Positions 18,666 through 28,335 of a stretch of DNA of 37,666 nt are shown one piece after another. The notes under the pieces are model-generated. The model was not told the origin of the DNA. It did no database searches and saw only the letters and a list, made by a program, of their open reading frames with translations. Source of the DNA: a virus (Duplodnaviria > Caudoviricetes); the IMG/VR virus record IMGVR_UViG_3300017909_003475, positions 1 to 37,666 of that record; one strand, 5' to 3'. Positions within the stretch are counted from its first letter, which is position 1. The number at the start of each line of letters is the position of its first letter. Made by a program: the position numbers and the translations under genes.

Positions 18666-20944
18666 CCTAAATTTTCGTATTTATCTCTAAATTTACCCAT
18701 AGAATAATCTTCTCCTATTTCAAAATCACATCCAATCGGACAATCAGGTATTGACATACCTCTGTCTGCTTGAACATTTCTTAGTAATATCTCTGAATAT
18801 TCTTCTATTTTATCTTCTTTGACTTCTGCAAGAATAGAATCATGAACTAATGCAAATATTCTGCAGTCACTATCAAGTCCCTTTTCTTGTAATTCTTTAT
18901 GAGTATCAATAGCACCAAGTAAATTAACATCTGAAGCAATTGATTGAACTAAGAAGTTGATTCCTGACCTGACTTCATGTGATGCGATTCCTCTATCTTC
19001 GGAAAATACATTAGGAAGTCTACGCTTTCTACCAAAGTGAGAATAAATAAATCCATTATCTTCAATGAATTTTTTCTGACTATCAAGCCAATGTTTTAAG
19101 CCTGAGAACTGTCTAAAGTAATCTTTGATAACTTCTGATGCCTCGGTTGTACTAAAATATTTTCCTGAGTCTTTGGTAACTTGTTCACTAATTTTCTTTG
19201 GTCCAGCTCCATACATAATTCCAAATGTAACAGCTTTTGCCATTTGCCTTTGTGTGCTATATAGTTCTGCAACTTCATCTACTTCACAAGAAAGGTTAAA
19301 GACGAGCTTTGCAATGTTTGAGTGAAAGTTTCCTCCAGATTGGAATACTTGCATAAGTGCTTTGTCGTTTGCAAGCACAGCTGCACAATAAACCTCTGCT
19401 GTTGTTAAGTCCATTGCTACTATTTTATTACCTTCTGTAGCTTTGATACAACCTTTTACGATTGGATTATCTCTAGGAATCTGTTGCATATTCATTTTAC
19501 CACTAGAAGATAATCTTCCTGATGTTGTACCGTGCAAGTTAAATCCTGTACGAAGTCTACTATCTTTATCTAGTTGTGGATATATTTTATCAAGATAAGT
19601 AGTTTTAATTTTTACTTTTTGTCTTATATCTAATACTAATTGAGGAACTTCATGTTCTTCTGCTAGTTGTTTAAGAACTTCGGCATCTGTACTGTCTGCT
19701 CCTGTTCCTGTCTTTTTACCTGTAGGTGTTAAGCCTAGATAGTCAAACAGTAAAGAACGAAGTTGCATTGTACTATTTGGATTAAAGTCTTTACCTTGTG
19801 CTTGTTCAAACTCTTTAATAGCAGGATAAGTATATAACTTCTCTATTGCTTGATCAATTTCATCTTGCATTAGTACTGTTGCTTTTGAAAGTCTAGTTTT
19901 GTCAAAAGGAACACCATTATCTTGTACATCTGTTAAAAAACGACAGCCAGGTATTAGAATATCTTTATATACTCCATATAGTCTATCATTTTTTACTAAT
20001 GCATTTTCAAATTTCTGAAATAAAAGGAATGTACAAACAGCATCCATTGCTGCATAGTCTTTCATTATATCAAATGGAATCATATCCCAAGTGAAACTTC
20101 CTTTTAGTATTCCTGTTCTACGACAATATTCATCTATCCAATCATACATTCCTTTTTCATAATCACCATATGGTGTATACTTAAGTGATAATTGTTTCAA
20201 TCCATGTGTTCCAGGATTTTCATCTAACATATAATGAAGAAGCATAGTATCTTCGAATCTTGGAAACTTGAATCCAAAATGATATTCAAAGAACGCTAAG
20301 TCAAACTTAGCATTATGAAATACTACTCGTTTTTTAGTAAATAGTTCTTGTAGAAGTTCTTCTGATTCATCATCTAAACAATCAGTATCTATGTAAGACC
20401 CATGTTCAGGCTCATATGAAATACTAAGACCCAGCATATATCCATCACGAGGATATAGTCCTGTTGTCTCAGAGTCAAGTGATATGAAATCATAAGGTGC
20501 GTCTATTGCAGCTTGAATGAACTCATTAGCTGATTCTGTATCTCTAATCCCATAACATTTATCTTCTTCTAGTTTTTGTTGTTTTAGTTCTCCTTTAATA
20601 TATTTCACAATATTAGTACGGGATTCTTCCCAAGTCTTTTTAGCTTCTGGCTTAAAAGCTAACATTGCTGGATTAATAACAGGTAAGAACTTGTCATCAA
20701 CTACTCTGCCACTGTATTCTGTGACTGAGTTTTGTTTTGTAAAGAACTTTAAACACTCTGAACCAACAAGTACTATCCAATCATAATCATCAATATTTAT
20801 TTCTATATCACAATCTCGTTTTAGTACTTTCTTTATTGTTGGGTCTGAGCATAGTTCATACTTATCAAATTGAAATTCGTTATTAAATAATTGTACATAG
20901 TCATTACGACTAGGTTTATTTTCTACTAATGCTACTTTAGTCAT
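18662..20944 (-). CDS. pol: Family A DNA polymerase with 3'-5' exonuclease (T5 type)
   Basis: DSETTGL, HNAKFD, YAAMDA, TTSGRLSS, MDLTTAE (motif A), RQMAKAVTFGIMYG (motif B, Phe), VHDS (motif C). No intein or intron seen. Confidence 0.96.
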   Translation of the reverse strand: MTKVALVENKPSRNDYVQLFNNEFQFDKYELCSDPTIKKVLKRDCDIEINIDDYDWIVLVGSECLKFFTKQNSVTEYSGRVVDDKFLPVINPAMLAFKPEAKKTWEESRTNIVKYIKGELKQQKLEEDKCYGIRDTESANEFIQAAIDAPYDFISLDSETTGLYPRDGYMLGLSISYEPEHGSYIDTDCLDDESEELLQELFTKKRVVFHNAKFDLAFFEYHFGFKFPRFEDTMLLHYMLDENPGTHGLKQLSLKYTPYGDYEKGMYDWIDEYCRRTGILKGSFTWDMIPFDIMKDYAAMDAVCTFLLFQKFENALVKNDRLYGVYKDILIPGCRFLTDVQDNGVPFDKTRLSKATVLMQDEIDQAIEKLYTYPAIKEFEQAQGKDFNPNSTMQLRSLLFDYLGLTPTGKKTGTGADSTDAEVLKQLAEEHEVPQLVLDIRQKVKIKTTYLDKIYPQLDKDSRLRTGFNLHGTTSGRLSSSGKMNMQQIPRDNPIVKGCIKATEGNKIVAMDLTTAEVYCAAVLANDKALMQVFQSGGNFHSNIAKLVFNLSCEVDEVAELYSTQRQMAKAVTFGIMYGAGPKKISEQVTKDSGKYFSTTEASEVIKDYFRQFSGLKHWLDSQKKFIEDNGFIYSHFGRKRRLPNVFSEDRGIASHEVRSGINFLVQSIASDVNLLGAIDTHKELQEKGLDSDCRIFALVHDSILAEVKEDKIEEYSEILLRNVQADRGMSIPDCPIGCDFEIGEDYSMGKFRDKYENLG

Positions 20945-21776
20945 ATAATTGTTCCTTTAAATCTTTTACTTTGTTATATTGTAATTCCCCTGCGTCACCT
21001 AAACTCATAGGTATTTTTATGTTTTTATGTAATATTTCTGCAATATCGCACATTTCTCCTAATTTAACAGCAGCTTCTTGCCCTGCCTCATCTGGGTCAA
21101 ATAGAATATCTACTTGAGTAACTCCTTGCATTTTTAGTAGTTTCAGTTTTTCAACATCTATGTTTCTTGTTCCAAAACAACACATTGCATTTTCTAGTCC
21201 TTTGTCATGTAAATTTATCATATCAAATATACCTTCAACTAAGATAACTCTACCTTTGATAGGTCGGACTCGAGCAGGAAAAAGAGGCAGCACCGCTTTA
21301 GGGGGATGTATTATGTATTTGGGAACATCAGTTGGGGACTGAGTTCTACAATTAAATGCTACTATTCTTCCTGTCAAGTCCTTGATTGGAAAAGATATTC
21401 TATTTGTAAATGGTTTATCTGGGTGTAGAAATGCTCCAAATAACTTATATGTTTCTGGTGTAATTCCTCTCCAGTTGCCTACATAAGGCATAAAGTTCTT
21501 TGGCATCTTCAAACCAACAGAAGATGACCTTTTTTCATCTATTTTTCTTCTGACTTTCTCTCTGCGTATATCTAATGGATTTGACGGTGCGTCAAAATGA
21601 TTAAATATATTGCCTTTAAAACCACAAGAAAAACAGTTGTAAACACCTGTTATTCTATCAATCCTCATACTTGGATTGTTATCGTCATGCTCAGGATTTA
21701 GACATGATACTATTGCATCTGCAGGAGACAGCTTAAAGGGTATCTTTCTTTCTTGTAGCAGCTCTTCCACTGTCAT
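20937..21776 (-). CDS. dnaG: DNA primase (Zn finger + TOPRIM)
   Basis: CLNPEHDD...CFSCG, LVEGIFD, FDPDEAG. Confidence 0.92.
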   Translation of the reverse strand: MTVEELLQERKIPFKLSPADAIVSCLNPEHDDNNPSMRIDRITGVYNCFSCGFKGNIFNHFDAPSNPLDIRREKVRRKIDEKRSSSVGLKMPKNFMPYVGNWRGITPETYKLFGAFLHPDKPFTNRISFPIKDLTGRIVAFNCRTQSPTDVPKYIIHPPKAVLPLFPARVRPIKGRVILVEGIFDMINLHDKGLENAMCCFGTRNIDVEKLKLLKMQGVTQVDILFDPDEAGQEAAVKLGEMCDIAEILHKNIKIPMSLGDAGELQYNKVKDLKEQLYD

Positions 21777-21867
21777 CTTTTATCTCCTTTAGTATTTCTT
21801 TTACTTTTCTGATTTCTTCTAGTATTTCAGTAAGTATTGTTTTAATATGACTATTTGTTGGGTGCAT
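21733..21867 (-). CDS. Small coiled-coil protein (44 aa), not in the ORF track
   Basis: MHPTNSHIKTILTEILEEIRKVKEILKEIKDDSGRAATRKKDTL*; fills the gap, GGAG upstream. Confidence 0.5.
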   Translation of the reverse strand: MHPTNSHIKTILTEILEEIRKVKEILKEIKDDSGRAATRKKDTL

Positions 21868-22360
21868 TGTGTTTCCACTCCAACGTATCTCCGATTTCTT
21901 CAAACTCTGTCATTAATGTTCCTTTACTATCTTTATCATAATCATAGTACCTACTCTTCCAAGCTAGTTCTACCATTTGAAACCAGATAGCAATTGCTTT
22001 ATCTCTGAACTCTTTTTCACTCCATAAATAAAACATATTCCACCACTCTTTTTCAAAGCGATGAACTTCTACAGTGATAGTTTTAAACATAAAACCATCA
22101 GGGTGTCCTTTGACTAAAGACCAAAGTGCCCTCATTCTTTGACTACCTGCAATCGGATAATAGTTAGGCATAGTTAATATAGGATTCATCAATCCATCTT
22201 TTTCTATGCTGTCAAGTAGTTTTGTATTTAAGGGCACTCTTTCGATATTTTGATATATCTTCTTTTGATTTAGTAAAAACTTCACAGACCTTTTCTCCAC
22301 CGTAAACGGGGGTATATTAACTAACTCTGCTGTTTCTTTACTAATTCTATCTGCTGCCAC
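21851..22360 (-). CDS. ParB/Sulfiredoxin N-terminal-like domain protein
   Basis: LLDSIEKDGLMNPIL...IAGSQRMRAL. Start moved to GTG 22360, after GGAGA. Confidence 0.6.
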   Translation of the reverse strand: MAADRISKETAELVNIPPFTVEKRSVKFLLNQKKIYQNIERVPLNTKLLDSIEKDGLMNPILTMPNYYPIAGSQRMRALWSLVKGHPDGFMFKTITVEVHRFEKEWWNMFYLWSEKEFRDKAIAIWFQMVELAWKSRYYDYDKDSKGTLMTEFEEIGDTLEWKHNAPNK

Positions 22361-22607
22361 GTCTTTGCTTTCTCCATATTCCGTGTCTGCGTCTTTTTTC
22401 AATTTCCATTCTTATCATGTAAGTTCTGATTAGTGCTACTACTGTAAAAATAAAAGTAGTTGTAAGTGATATAAGAAATGCACTAGTCCATTGCCATTGT
22501 TCTATAAATAGCCAAAGCAAAAAAGTTTGCAATGGAAAGTTGATTAATAGAGCAGCTCCGACCTGTACTACTGACTCTTTAAGAGCCGCCTTTTCTGTCT
22601 TTGTCAA
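22347..22607 (-). CDS. Small two-TM membrane protein
   Basis: ALKESVVQVGAALLINFPL...FTVVALIRTYMIR; TTG start 22607 after GGAGA. Confidence 0.6.
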   Translation of the reverse strand: MTKTEKAALKESVVQVGAALLINFPLQTFLLWLFIEQWQWTSAFLISLTTTFIFTVVALIRTYMIRMEIEKRRRHGIWRKQRRGSR

Positions 22608-22782
22608 TTTTATTCTCCATTTCATCAAATAATTGTTCTTCATATTCAGATTCATACATCTTTCTAAATTCCTCTAGTGAAAGAATTAATCTGACCTTTA
22701 TCATACCACTGTCTATTGTTTTAAGTTTTGCAATATATTCAGCGTATGATTGTAATAATTGTTCTTCTGTATATAAAACCAT
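22579..22782 (-). CDS. Hypothetical protein
   Basis: 67 aa, TAATG coupled with the upstream small ORF. Confidence 0.55.
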   Translation of the reverse strand: MVLYTEEQLLQSYAEYIAKLKTIDSGMIKVRLILSLEEFRKMYESEYEEQLFDEMENKIDKDRKGGS

Positions 22783-22898
22783 TAAAATACTTTACTGTTT
22801 ATCCAAAAAGCACCAAGCATACCAAAAAACATAACTGCCTGTATTATTGCAGCATATACTATTTGTTTCATCGGATGTATTTCAGTTAGTTTTTCCAT
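22782..22898 (-). CDS. Small single-TM protein (38 aa), not in the ORF track
   Basis: MEKLTEIHPMKQIVYAAIIQAVMFFGMLGAFWINSKVF*; GAGGA SD; fills the gap after the helicase. Confidence 0.6.
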   Translation of the reverse strand: MEKLTEIHPMKQIVYAAIIQAVMFFGMLGAFWINSKVF

Positions 22899-22905
22899 CA
22901 ATTCC

Positions 22906-24258
22906 TCAGATGTCATCTACGCCTTCTCCTGTTTTCATACTTGTTTCTAAAGCTTCACGCTCTTTGGGGTTAATTGCTGACTGGGGTCCGATTTTCAGAG
23001 TCTCCCAATCTACTACACTTGTAAAACTTTCCATACGATTACTTCTCATCTTCGTACAATTAAAAGTCATACAGTTATCTTGTTGCTCCCATGTTTCGAG
23101 AGCATATGCCGCATCAGCAGCATCTAGTATACCTTTTGCAAACCTAGCTTCACCACTAGCATCTGTTTGGTATGGTGCAAAGAATAGTGTTTCATATTCT
23201 TGTGCATATAATTTCATTTTCTTACTGACTTCAATCTGCTCAGTCCAATCATACTGCCCTGCACGACTAGGTGCGTTGTGGCGGCGAACTTGGTTTAGAT
23301 AGTCAACTATAACTACTCCTACATCTAATTGATTAATCTTTTTATCTAACTCGGATTGAATCTTAGAGAGTGTAAGAGCAGGGTCGTAAATCACATCGAG
23401 TTGTTTCTCTTTGTGCAAAGGAAGTTTAGTCAACTTCTTGTGAAAATCCTCAAAGTCATGAGTTTTTTCAAACTCTGGTAATAAGTCATGTCCACCGTCG
23501 AAGCGACCTGCCCACCATCCACCGACTAAGTTCCACTCTTCAGCAGACAGCATTTTGCTTCTTAGTCGTCTCAATGGTATCTTTGTGGCAATAGAACAAA
23601 TCCTTTGTAGAATTTGTCTACTATCCATTTCGATTGTAAAATACAAAGCACTTCTTCCTTGTTCGTAAACATTCGCTGCGAGGTTACAACAAGTAAGAGA
23701 TTTACCTGCACCTCGTCTGCCACCAACAAGCACTAAGTCTTTGGGAGAGAACTGAATTTGTGAGTCATACTCACTATTAAGTCCTAAGGGTAAGTAACGA
23801 GATAGTTCTGTGTCATCCTCGAAAAGAGATATACTCTGCATACTTTCTTCGGGTGGTTTGACATCTACCTTGTCACTTACTCTTAAAACTATTTCTTGTA
23901 GTTGTTCTATATTTTCTTCGGCACTTGCCATTGCAACTGTATTATCTATGTACCTATCAAGTTCATCTAGTATTTCTACTTGTGCATATTCATTCTTTAA
24001 ATAGTCAAGTAAAAGCCAAGCATCAACCTCGACTTCAACTGATTCGATTGCAAATATTTTTTCTTGTAGTTGCCTGTCTCGAACTTCATATGACAGGTCT
24101 TCGAATTTAGGAAGGTCTTGATAATTATCTATGTGTTTATCAAGAATGTGAAATATCGGCTGGTACTCGCCAGGTAGGTAATGTTCTTTTAACTTAGCCC
24201 ATGTGTCTAAGTCTTTTTGAACGATAATTTGTTTTAGTAATGCAGACGCAATATTCAA
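22906..24258 (-). CDS. dnaB: Replicative DnaB-like helicase (T5 D6)
   Basis: GGRRGAGKS, FTIEM, IVDYLNQ, APYQ, ARFAKGILDAAD. Start moved to TTG 24258 after GGGAG, since the track start lies inside a terminator. Confidence 0.9.
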   Translation of the reverse strand: MNIASALLKQIIVQKDLDTWAKLKEHYLPGEYQPIFHILDKHIDNYQDLPKFEDLSYEVRDRQLQEKIFAIESVEVEVDAWLLLDYLKNEYAQVEILDELDRYIDNTVAMASAEENIEQLQEIVLRVSDKVDVKPPEESMQSISLFEDDTELSRYLPLGLNSEYDSQIQFSPKDLVLVGGRRGAGKSLTCCNLAANVYEQGRSALYFTIEMDSRQILQRICSIATKIPLRRLRSKMLSAEEWNLVGGWWAGRFDGGHDLLPEFEKTHDFEDFHKKLTKLPLHKEKQLDVIYDPALTLSKIQSELDKKINQLDVGVVIVDYLNQVRRHNAPSRAGQYDWTEQIEVSKKMKLYAQEYETLFFAPYQTDASGEARFAKGILDAADAAYALETWEQQDNCMTFNCTKMRSNRMESFTSVVDWETLKIGPQSAINPKEREALETSMKTGEGVDDI

Positions 24259-24285
24259 GACACTCTCCCAAGTAAAATATACAAC

Positions 24286-24315
24286 AAAAAGTAGGGGAGA
24301 AAACACCTCCCCTAC
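24286..24315 (-). terminator. Intrinsic terminator after D5
   Basis: GTAGGGGAG/CTCCCCTAC 9-bp stem (24291-24315) followed by TTTTT on -. Confidence 0.85.
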
Positions 24316-24338
24316 ACGATAAAATCAAAATAGGTTAA

Positions 24339-25055
24339 TTAACCGATTTCTTTTTTAGCTGCTCCGTTATAGTCTGAACATTGTAGACCACGTCTTGTTA
24401 GCATAGTTTTTACACCTCTAACAGTTTTGCCAATCTCGTCAGCAATTTCTTCAACTGTCATTCCAGTGATGTCTAAGTTAGCAAGTACGTCTGTTTTGCT
24501 TGAGCCTTTAGTTTCTTTCTGCTTAGGAATAGCATTGATGTCGCCGCTTCTTAATAGAGAAAGAGCTTTACCTCTGATTGAGTTAACGCTTTTGCCAAGA
24601 GCTTCTGCGATTTCCTCAACAAAAGAACCACCGTTAACCATCTCAACGAATGTTCCTTCTTCTTCAGGAGTATAAGTTCTAACTGTTTCTACTTTAGGAG
24701 CTGGTTTAACATGCTGTGTAAGTTCCATAGAAAGGATTTTACCTTGAATTGACTTAGCTGAAAATGCTCCGCCTTCAAAGTGTGATGCAATTTCTGCATA
24801 TGTATAGTTGCCACTGTTGTCAGTAACAAATGCTTGTAGAGTTGCTTCTTGCTCGTCTGAGAAAGACTTAGAAGCAGATGCTGAAGCTAATTCAACATCA
24901 AAACCCATTTTTCTTAGCTTTGAAGAGACACTTCTTGTTGAAGTTTCTAATTCTTCAGCTGCGTTAGCAACTGTAGCTTGAGAGATAGGGCTTTCTGAAC
25001 CAACAAAATCTACTAATTGTTGAGTTCTTTCATCTGTCCATTTTGGTAATGCCAT
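24339..25055 (-). CDS. D5: T5 D5-like multi-HTH DNA-binding protein
   Basis: Repeated HTH units (RSVSSKLRKMG, YTYAEIA, EEIAEALGKSVNSIRGK, IADEIGKTVRGVKTMLTRRG); located between ligB and the helicase as in T5. Confidence 0.85.
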   Translation of the reverse strand: MALPKWTDERTQQLVDFVGSESPISQATVANAAEELETSTRSVSSKLRKMGFDVELASASASKSFSDEQEATLQAFVTDNSGNYTYAEIASHFEGGAFSAKSIQGKILSMELTQHVKPAPKVETVRTYTPEEEGTFVEMVNGGSFVEEIAEALGKSVNSIRGKALSLLRSGDINAIPKQKETKGSSKTDVLANLDITGMTVEEIADEIGKTVRGVKTMLTRRGLQCSDYNGAAKKEIG

Positions 25056-25058
25056 TTT

Positions 25059-25817
25059 TTAGTCCTCTAAAATTTGTTTTATGTTATTAAATATTGTTAT
25101 ACCCATTTGTTCTGCCTTCTTAGTTTTTGAACTTTCTATACCACTTTCATTCAATAGTATAGTAACATCTTTTGTAAGATTGCTTTTTACAACATAACCG
25201 TATTTTTCTAATACTTGTTGTGCGGCTGCTTTAGTTGGATAACTTTTAAGTTTACCTGATATACAAACTGTTCCCTTTGTGTTAGATTGACTAACCTCTT
25301 GTTTTTTACAAGTAAAAGAAAAGGGTAAGTTATGGTAGCCGTGAAAGTGAAAAGTGTTCACTAACCAATCGACAAGATTCGACGCCGCTTTCTGACCCAG
25401 ACCTGCTTCACTACATATCTCTGGGGTTATCTCAGATAGTGCTGAGATGTGTTTTGCTAATTTATTTGAAGCACTTGTGCCTATCAGCGGTATCGAAAAA
25501 GCTGGAAGAAGAGTGATTAGGTCAACGCCTTTTGATTTCTCTATTTCTGCGTGTAGCTTTGTACCTAATTTCTCAGAATCCAGTAAAAAAGATATTTCTT
25601 CTTGGGATAATGAATAAATATCATGATAATCTTCTAGACCTAGTCTAGCAATGGTTGCTGGACCAAGTCCTTTGATTTTAAGTGTTTTAGCGAAGTGTTC
25701 TAGTTTCTTCGCTGACTGTGCGGGACAAAGATTGTTTTTGCAAAATAGTTGGTCGTTTACAAACTCCAACACGCTTGAACATGCTGGACAGTTTGTTGGC
25801 GGTACTATCTTCTTCAA
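25059..25817 (-). CDS. ligB: NAD-dependent DNA ligase subunit B (Zn finger, HhH, BRCT)
   Basis: PTNCPACSS...LFCKNNLCPAQ, IKGLG, IPLIG, BRCT VCISGKL...SSKTKKAEQMGI. Start TTG 25817 after GGAGA. Confidence 0.9.
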   Translation of the reverse strand: MKKIVPPTNCPACSSVLEFVNDQLFCKNNLCPAQSAKKLEHFAKTLKIKGLGPATIARLGLEDYHDIYSLSQEEISFLLDSEKLGTKLHAEIEKSKGVDLITLLPAFSIPLIGTSASNKLAKHISALSEITPEICSEAGLGQKAASNLVDWLVNTFHFHGYHNLPFSFTCKKQEVSQSNTKGTVCISGKLKSYPTKAAAQQVLEKYGYVVKSNLTKDVTILLNESGIESSKTKKAEQMGITIFNNIKQILED

Positions 25818-25846
25818 TGTTTGTCTTTCTCCCAATTAATGATAAT

Positions 25847-25887
25847 ATTATACAAACTTTTTAACCAAAAGTCAAGTTTTATTTTTT
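25847..25887 (-). promoter_or_regulatory. Sigma70 promoter for ligB-D5
   Basis: On -: AAAAAATAAAAC-TTGACT(25875-25870)-17 bp-TATAAT(25852-25847). Confidence 0.85.
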
Positions 25888-26237
25888 GGAAAGTGGGATA
25901 ATATTTTAGAATCAATTTTGAAACACTCTGTATGCCCACCAAATTTTTGGCTTGGGGCATAACTATCATGCTCATACTCTTTGTGCAACTCCTGTTCGTA
26001 TTTCCAGCAGTTGTATATGGTGTCGTGGTATGTTCGTTGAATACGCAACTCATACCCTTTAAAACCACGACTTCTTTTGATAACGTGACGCCAGTCCTTA
26101 CCACTAGCGATTCCAACTTTGATGCACTCGCGCTCAAAGGTTTTTCTATTTACTAATATCACTCCATATAATACACCCTCACGTTCTTTTTCATGAGGAT
26201 GATTATTGAAGTAAGTTTGGTTATAAACTCCAGACAA
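25872..26237 (-). CDS. GIY-YIG superfamily (T5orf172/MUG113-like) nuclease domain protein
   Basis: LYGVIL...IKVGIA...R...YEQELH...FGGHTECF; TTG start 26237. Confidence 0.65.
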   Translation of the reverse strand: MSGVYNQTYFNNHPHEKEREGVLYGVILVNRKTFERECIKVGIASGKDWRHVIKRSRGFKGYELRIQRTYHDTIYNCWKYEQELHKEYEHDSYAPSQKFGGHTECFKIDSKILSHFPKNKT

Positions 26238-26436
26238 TTCTTTCTTCCAATGCAAACTGACAACCATGAATATAATCTCTATCTTCTTCGTTCATAATTC
26301 CCCAACAGTATGTTATTCTATCCAAGAATTCTTCTACTGTCTTTGGGTCTTTTATATGCATATTTCTTTCCATCATTTGTTGTAAGATTTGCATACGAAG
26401 TTCTAGTTTTTCTCTTAATTTATTTTCGGTTGCCAT
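26221..26436 (-). CDS. Hypothetical protein
   Basis: 71 aa, overlap-coupled to both neighbours. Confidence 0.55.
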   Translation of the reverse strand: MATENKLREKLELRMQILQQMMERNMHIKDPKTVEEFLDRITYCWGIMNEEDRDYIHGCQFALEERIVWSL

Positions 26437-26600
26437 TTATTACAAGTTTCTTCTGAAAGTACAAGTGCTGTATGTGTAGATACTCTGCACCAACCTTCAC
26501 TTAATTTTGGTGTGATATTGTGAATTGGTTCATAAAATTTACACTCTCCACAAGGGTTAGGGGGAAGTGGAAATGCTCTGCGCTTTTTAAACTTTTTCAC
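26415..26600 (-). CDS. Small 4-Cys protein
   Basis: CGECKFY...GWC...TCNKW pattern. Confidence 0.55.
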   Translation of the reverse strand: MKKFKKRRAFPLPPNPCGECKFYEPIHNITPKLSEGWCRVSTHTALVLSEETCNKWQPKIN

Positions 26601-26725
26601 TTTTATTTATAGATTCAAGATAGAACTTTCTATCTTTCATTGCTTTTTTAACTATCTTGACTTGTTCATCCATAGTCAGCGGACCGATATCTTTATCTGT
26701 CCTTACACATAGTTTTATTGTTGAA

Positions 26726-27010
26726 TTAAACTTCCTCAATCTTCTTAATTCCTAGAGTATAATTCTCTGCTGCATTCTCTGCATATAATTCGCTATGGTT
26801 TTCGTATACTTCTGTTTTTATTAGTTTGTCTCCCATATAATAGTCAACTCCATAATTACCTTTTGAGTTCTTAAAAACTTCTCCCATAACTCCGTCACCA
26901 AGAAAGACTGATAAGTCTACTTTGCCTGTTTTACTCAGGACTTCTTCTTGTGTGCACGTACAATCCATTCTAGGTTTACCACATGCTCCACATTCCATTG
27001 CTAGATACAT
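26726..27010 (-). CDS. Hypothetical protein with N-terminal CxxC..CxC
   Basis: CGACG..CTC, C-terminal HSELYAENAAENY; TAATG coupled to ligA. Confidence 0.6.
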   Translation of the reverse strand: MYLAMECGACGKPRMDCTCTQEEVLSKTGKVDLSVFLGDGVMGEVFKNSKGNYGVDYYMGDKLIKTEVYENHSELYAENAAENYTLGIKKIEEV

Positions 27011-27996
27011 TAATCTACCCTCGCTACTACTTGGGGTATAATTTCCCCTGCTCTTATAACTTCAACATTACAACCTATTTCAAGGTCTAGTGCTTCTATT
27101 ACTGAAATATTATGTAATGTTGCTCTCGAAACTGTTGCTTCTCCTATAACACAAGGCTCTAGTATTGCTACTGGTGATACTGCACCAGACTTACCTACTT
27201 GCCATATAACGTCAAGTAGTTTTGTTACTACTCCTTTTTGTTTTATTTTCTTTGCAAAAGCACCTCGAGGGTGGTGAGAAGTATAACCAAGTGTTTCAAA
27301 GTAATTATTATCAATTACTCTCCATACATCTCCGTCTTGTGGAAACATAGGATAATTACTATCAATGGCGGTTTCAAAACCCCAAGTTGATAGTTTTTCT
27401 AAATCTTCTATATAGTTATCTGTAATGTATGGTTGAACACCATAAGCAATGAATGTTAAATCTCTTTGTTTAAATTCTTCTATATCTTTTAGGTTAAGTG
27501 CACCTGATGCGTAATTTCTAGCATTTTCTATGGAAGACGGTGCGACTACTTCTCCTGTAATCTGCATTATTTTTGTTTCATTTGGCTCATCAATAAAGAA
27601 ACCACAAGGAACAAGAAACTTCATCTTATCTGTGATATCTAGTCCTTCTTTTCCGTCTCCTCTTGTGAGAGCAAGTGTTAGTTCTCCACGAACATATTGT
27701 AGACTTACTGCAGCACCATCAAGCTTAGGAGTTACTACTATTGGTTGGTCTCTATCATAGTTCGGATGTTCCTCGCCTTGATAAACTTTCTGTAAAGAAT
27801 ACATAGGAAATGCATGAGGATATCTAATTGACCGAGGGTCATGTTCATGTCCTACAGTATTCCTAACACTGATTTTCACATCATTGAATACATCAAGTTG
27901 CGATTCAAGTCTATCATAAACTTCATCTGACATAAAAGGTTTACCATTATAGTACGCCATTTTTGCTTGTTTGATTAATGCTTCCAAATTTTTCAT
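27010..27996 (-). CDS. ligA: NAD-dependent DNA ligase subunit A (adenylation + OB fold)
   Basis: AYY...SDEVYD, MYSLQK, KLDG active-site Lys, LTRGDG, ATLHN, RAGEIIPQV. Confidence 0.92.
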   Translation of the reverse strand: MKNLEALIKQAKMAYYNGKPFMSDEVYDRLESQLDVFNDVKISVRNTVGHEHDPRSIRYPHAFPMYSLQKVYQGEEHPNYDRDQPIVVTPKLDGAAVSLQYVRGELTLALTRGDGKEGLDITDKMKFLVPCGFFIDEPNETKIMQITGEVVAPSSIENARNYASGALNLKDIEEFKQRDLTFIAYGVQPYITDNYIEDLEKLSTWGFETAIDSNYPMFPQDGDVWRVIDNNYFETLGYTSHHPRGAFAKKIKQKGVVTKLLDVIWQVGKSGAVSPVAILEPCVIGEATVSRATLHNISVIEALDLEIGCNVEVIRAGEIIPQVVARVD

Positions 27997-28002
27997 AAAT
28001 AT

Positions 28003-28043
28003 ATTATACTAAATTTATCAGGTTATGTCAAGAACTATTTTTT
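28003..28043 (-). promoter_or_regulatory. Sigma70 promoter giving a leaderless ligA mRNA
   Basis: On -: AAAAAATAGTTC-TTGACA(28031-28026)-17 bp-TATAAT(28008-28003)-ATATTT-ATG. Confidence 0.88.
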
Positions 28044-28335
28044 ATAAGTAGATTTCATCTAGTACATCTTTGAATTCTTTTTCTAATATGTTCTTACTTT
28101 CTGCTAAAGATAATATTTCTACTAGTCCTTCGAATAAACTTCTTGTGTTATCAAAGTCTATGGGCATAGTTATTCCGTCTCTTGAAGGTTGCCACTCTTC
28201 TTCAAAATCTAAATAATATTTTCTAAGGGATATATACTCTACGTCTCTAAAAGTAGAAACAATAAGCCTGACTTGCTCATGCTCAGTTTCTTGTATTACT
28301 TTCTCGTAGATTGAGGGAGCGTTAAGGTCTATCAT
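28042..28335 (-). CDS. PC4/p15-like ssDNA-binding protein
   Basis: VRLIVSTFRDVEYISLRKYYLD..EEWQPSRDGITMP matches the PC4 fold consensus; T5 synteny. Confidence 0.8.
   Translation of the reverse strand: MIDLNAPSIYEKVIQETEHEQVRLIVSTFRDVEYISLRKYYLDFEEEWQPSRDGITMPIDFDNTRSLFEGLVEILSLAESKNILEKEFKDVLDEIYL

Noticed and set aside
6910-20944. Introns or inteins in nrdA, helicase or polymerase
   Set aside because: Continuous ORFs of ordinary length with no insertion between motifs.
26587-26725. Gap with a possible 28-aa ORF (MDEQVKIVKKAMKDRKFYLESINKSEKV*, 26587-26673, -)
   Set aside because: Start and SD unclear; too short to support.
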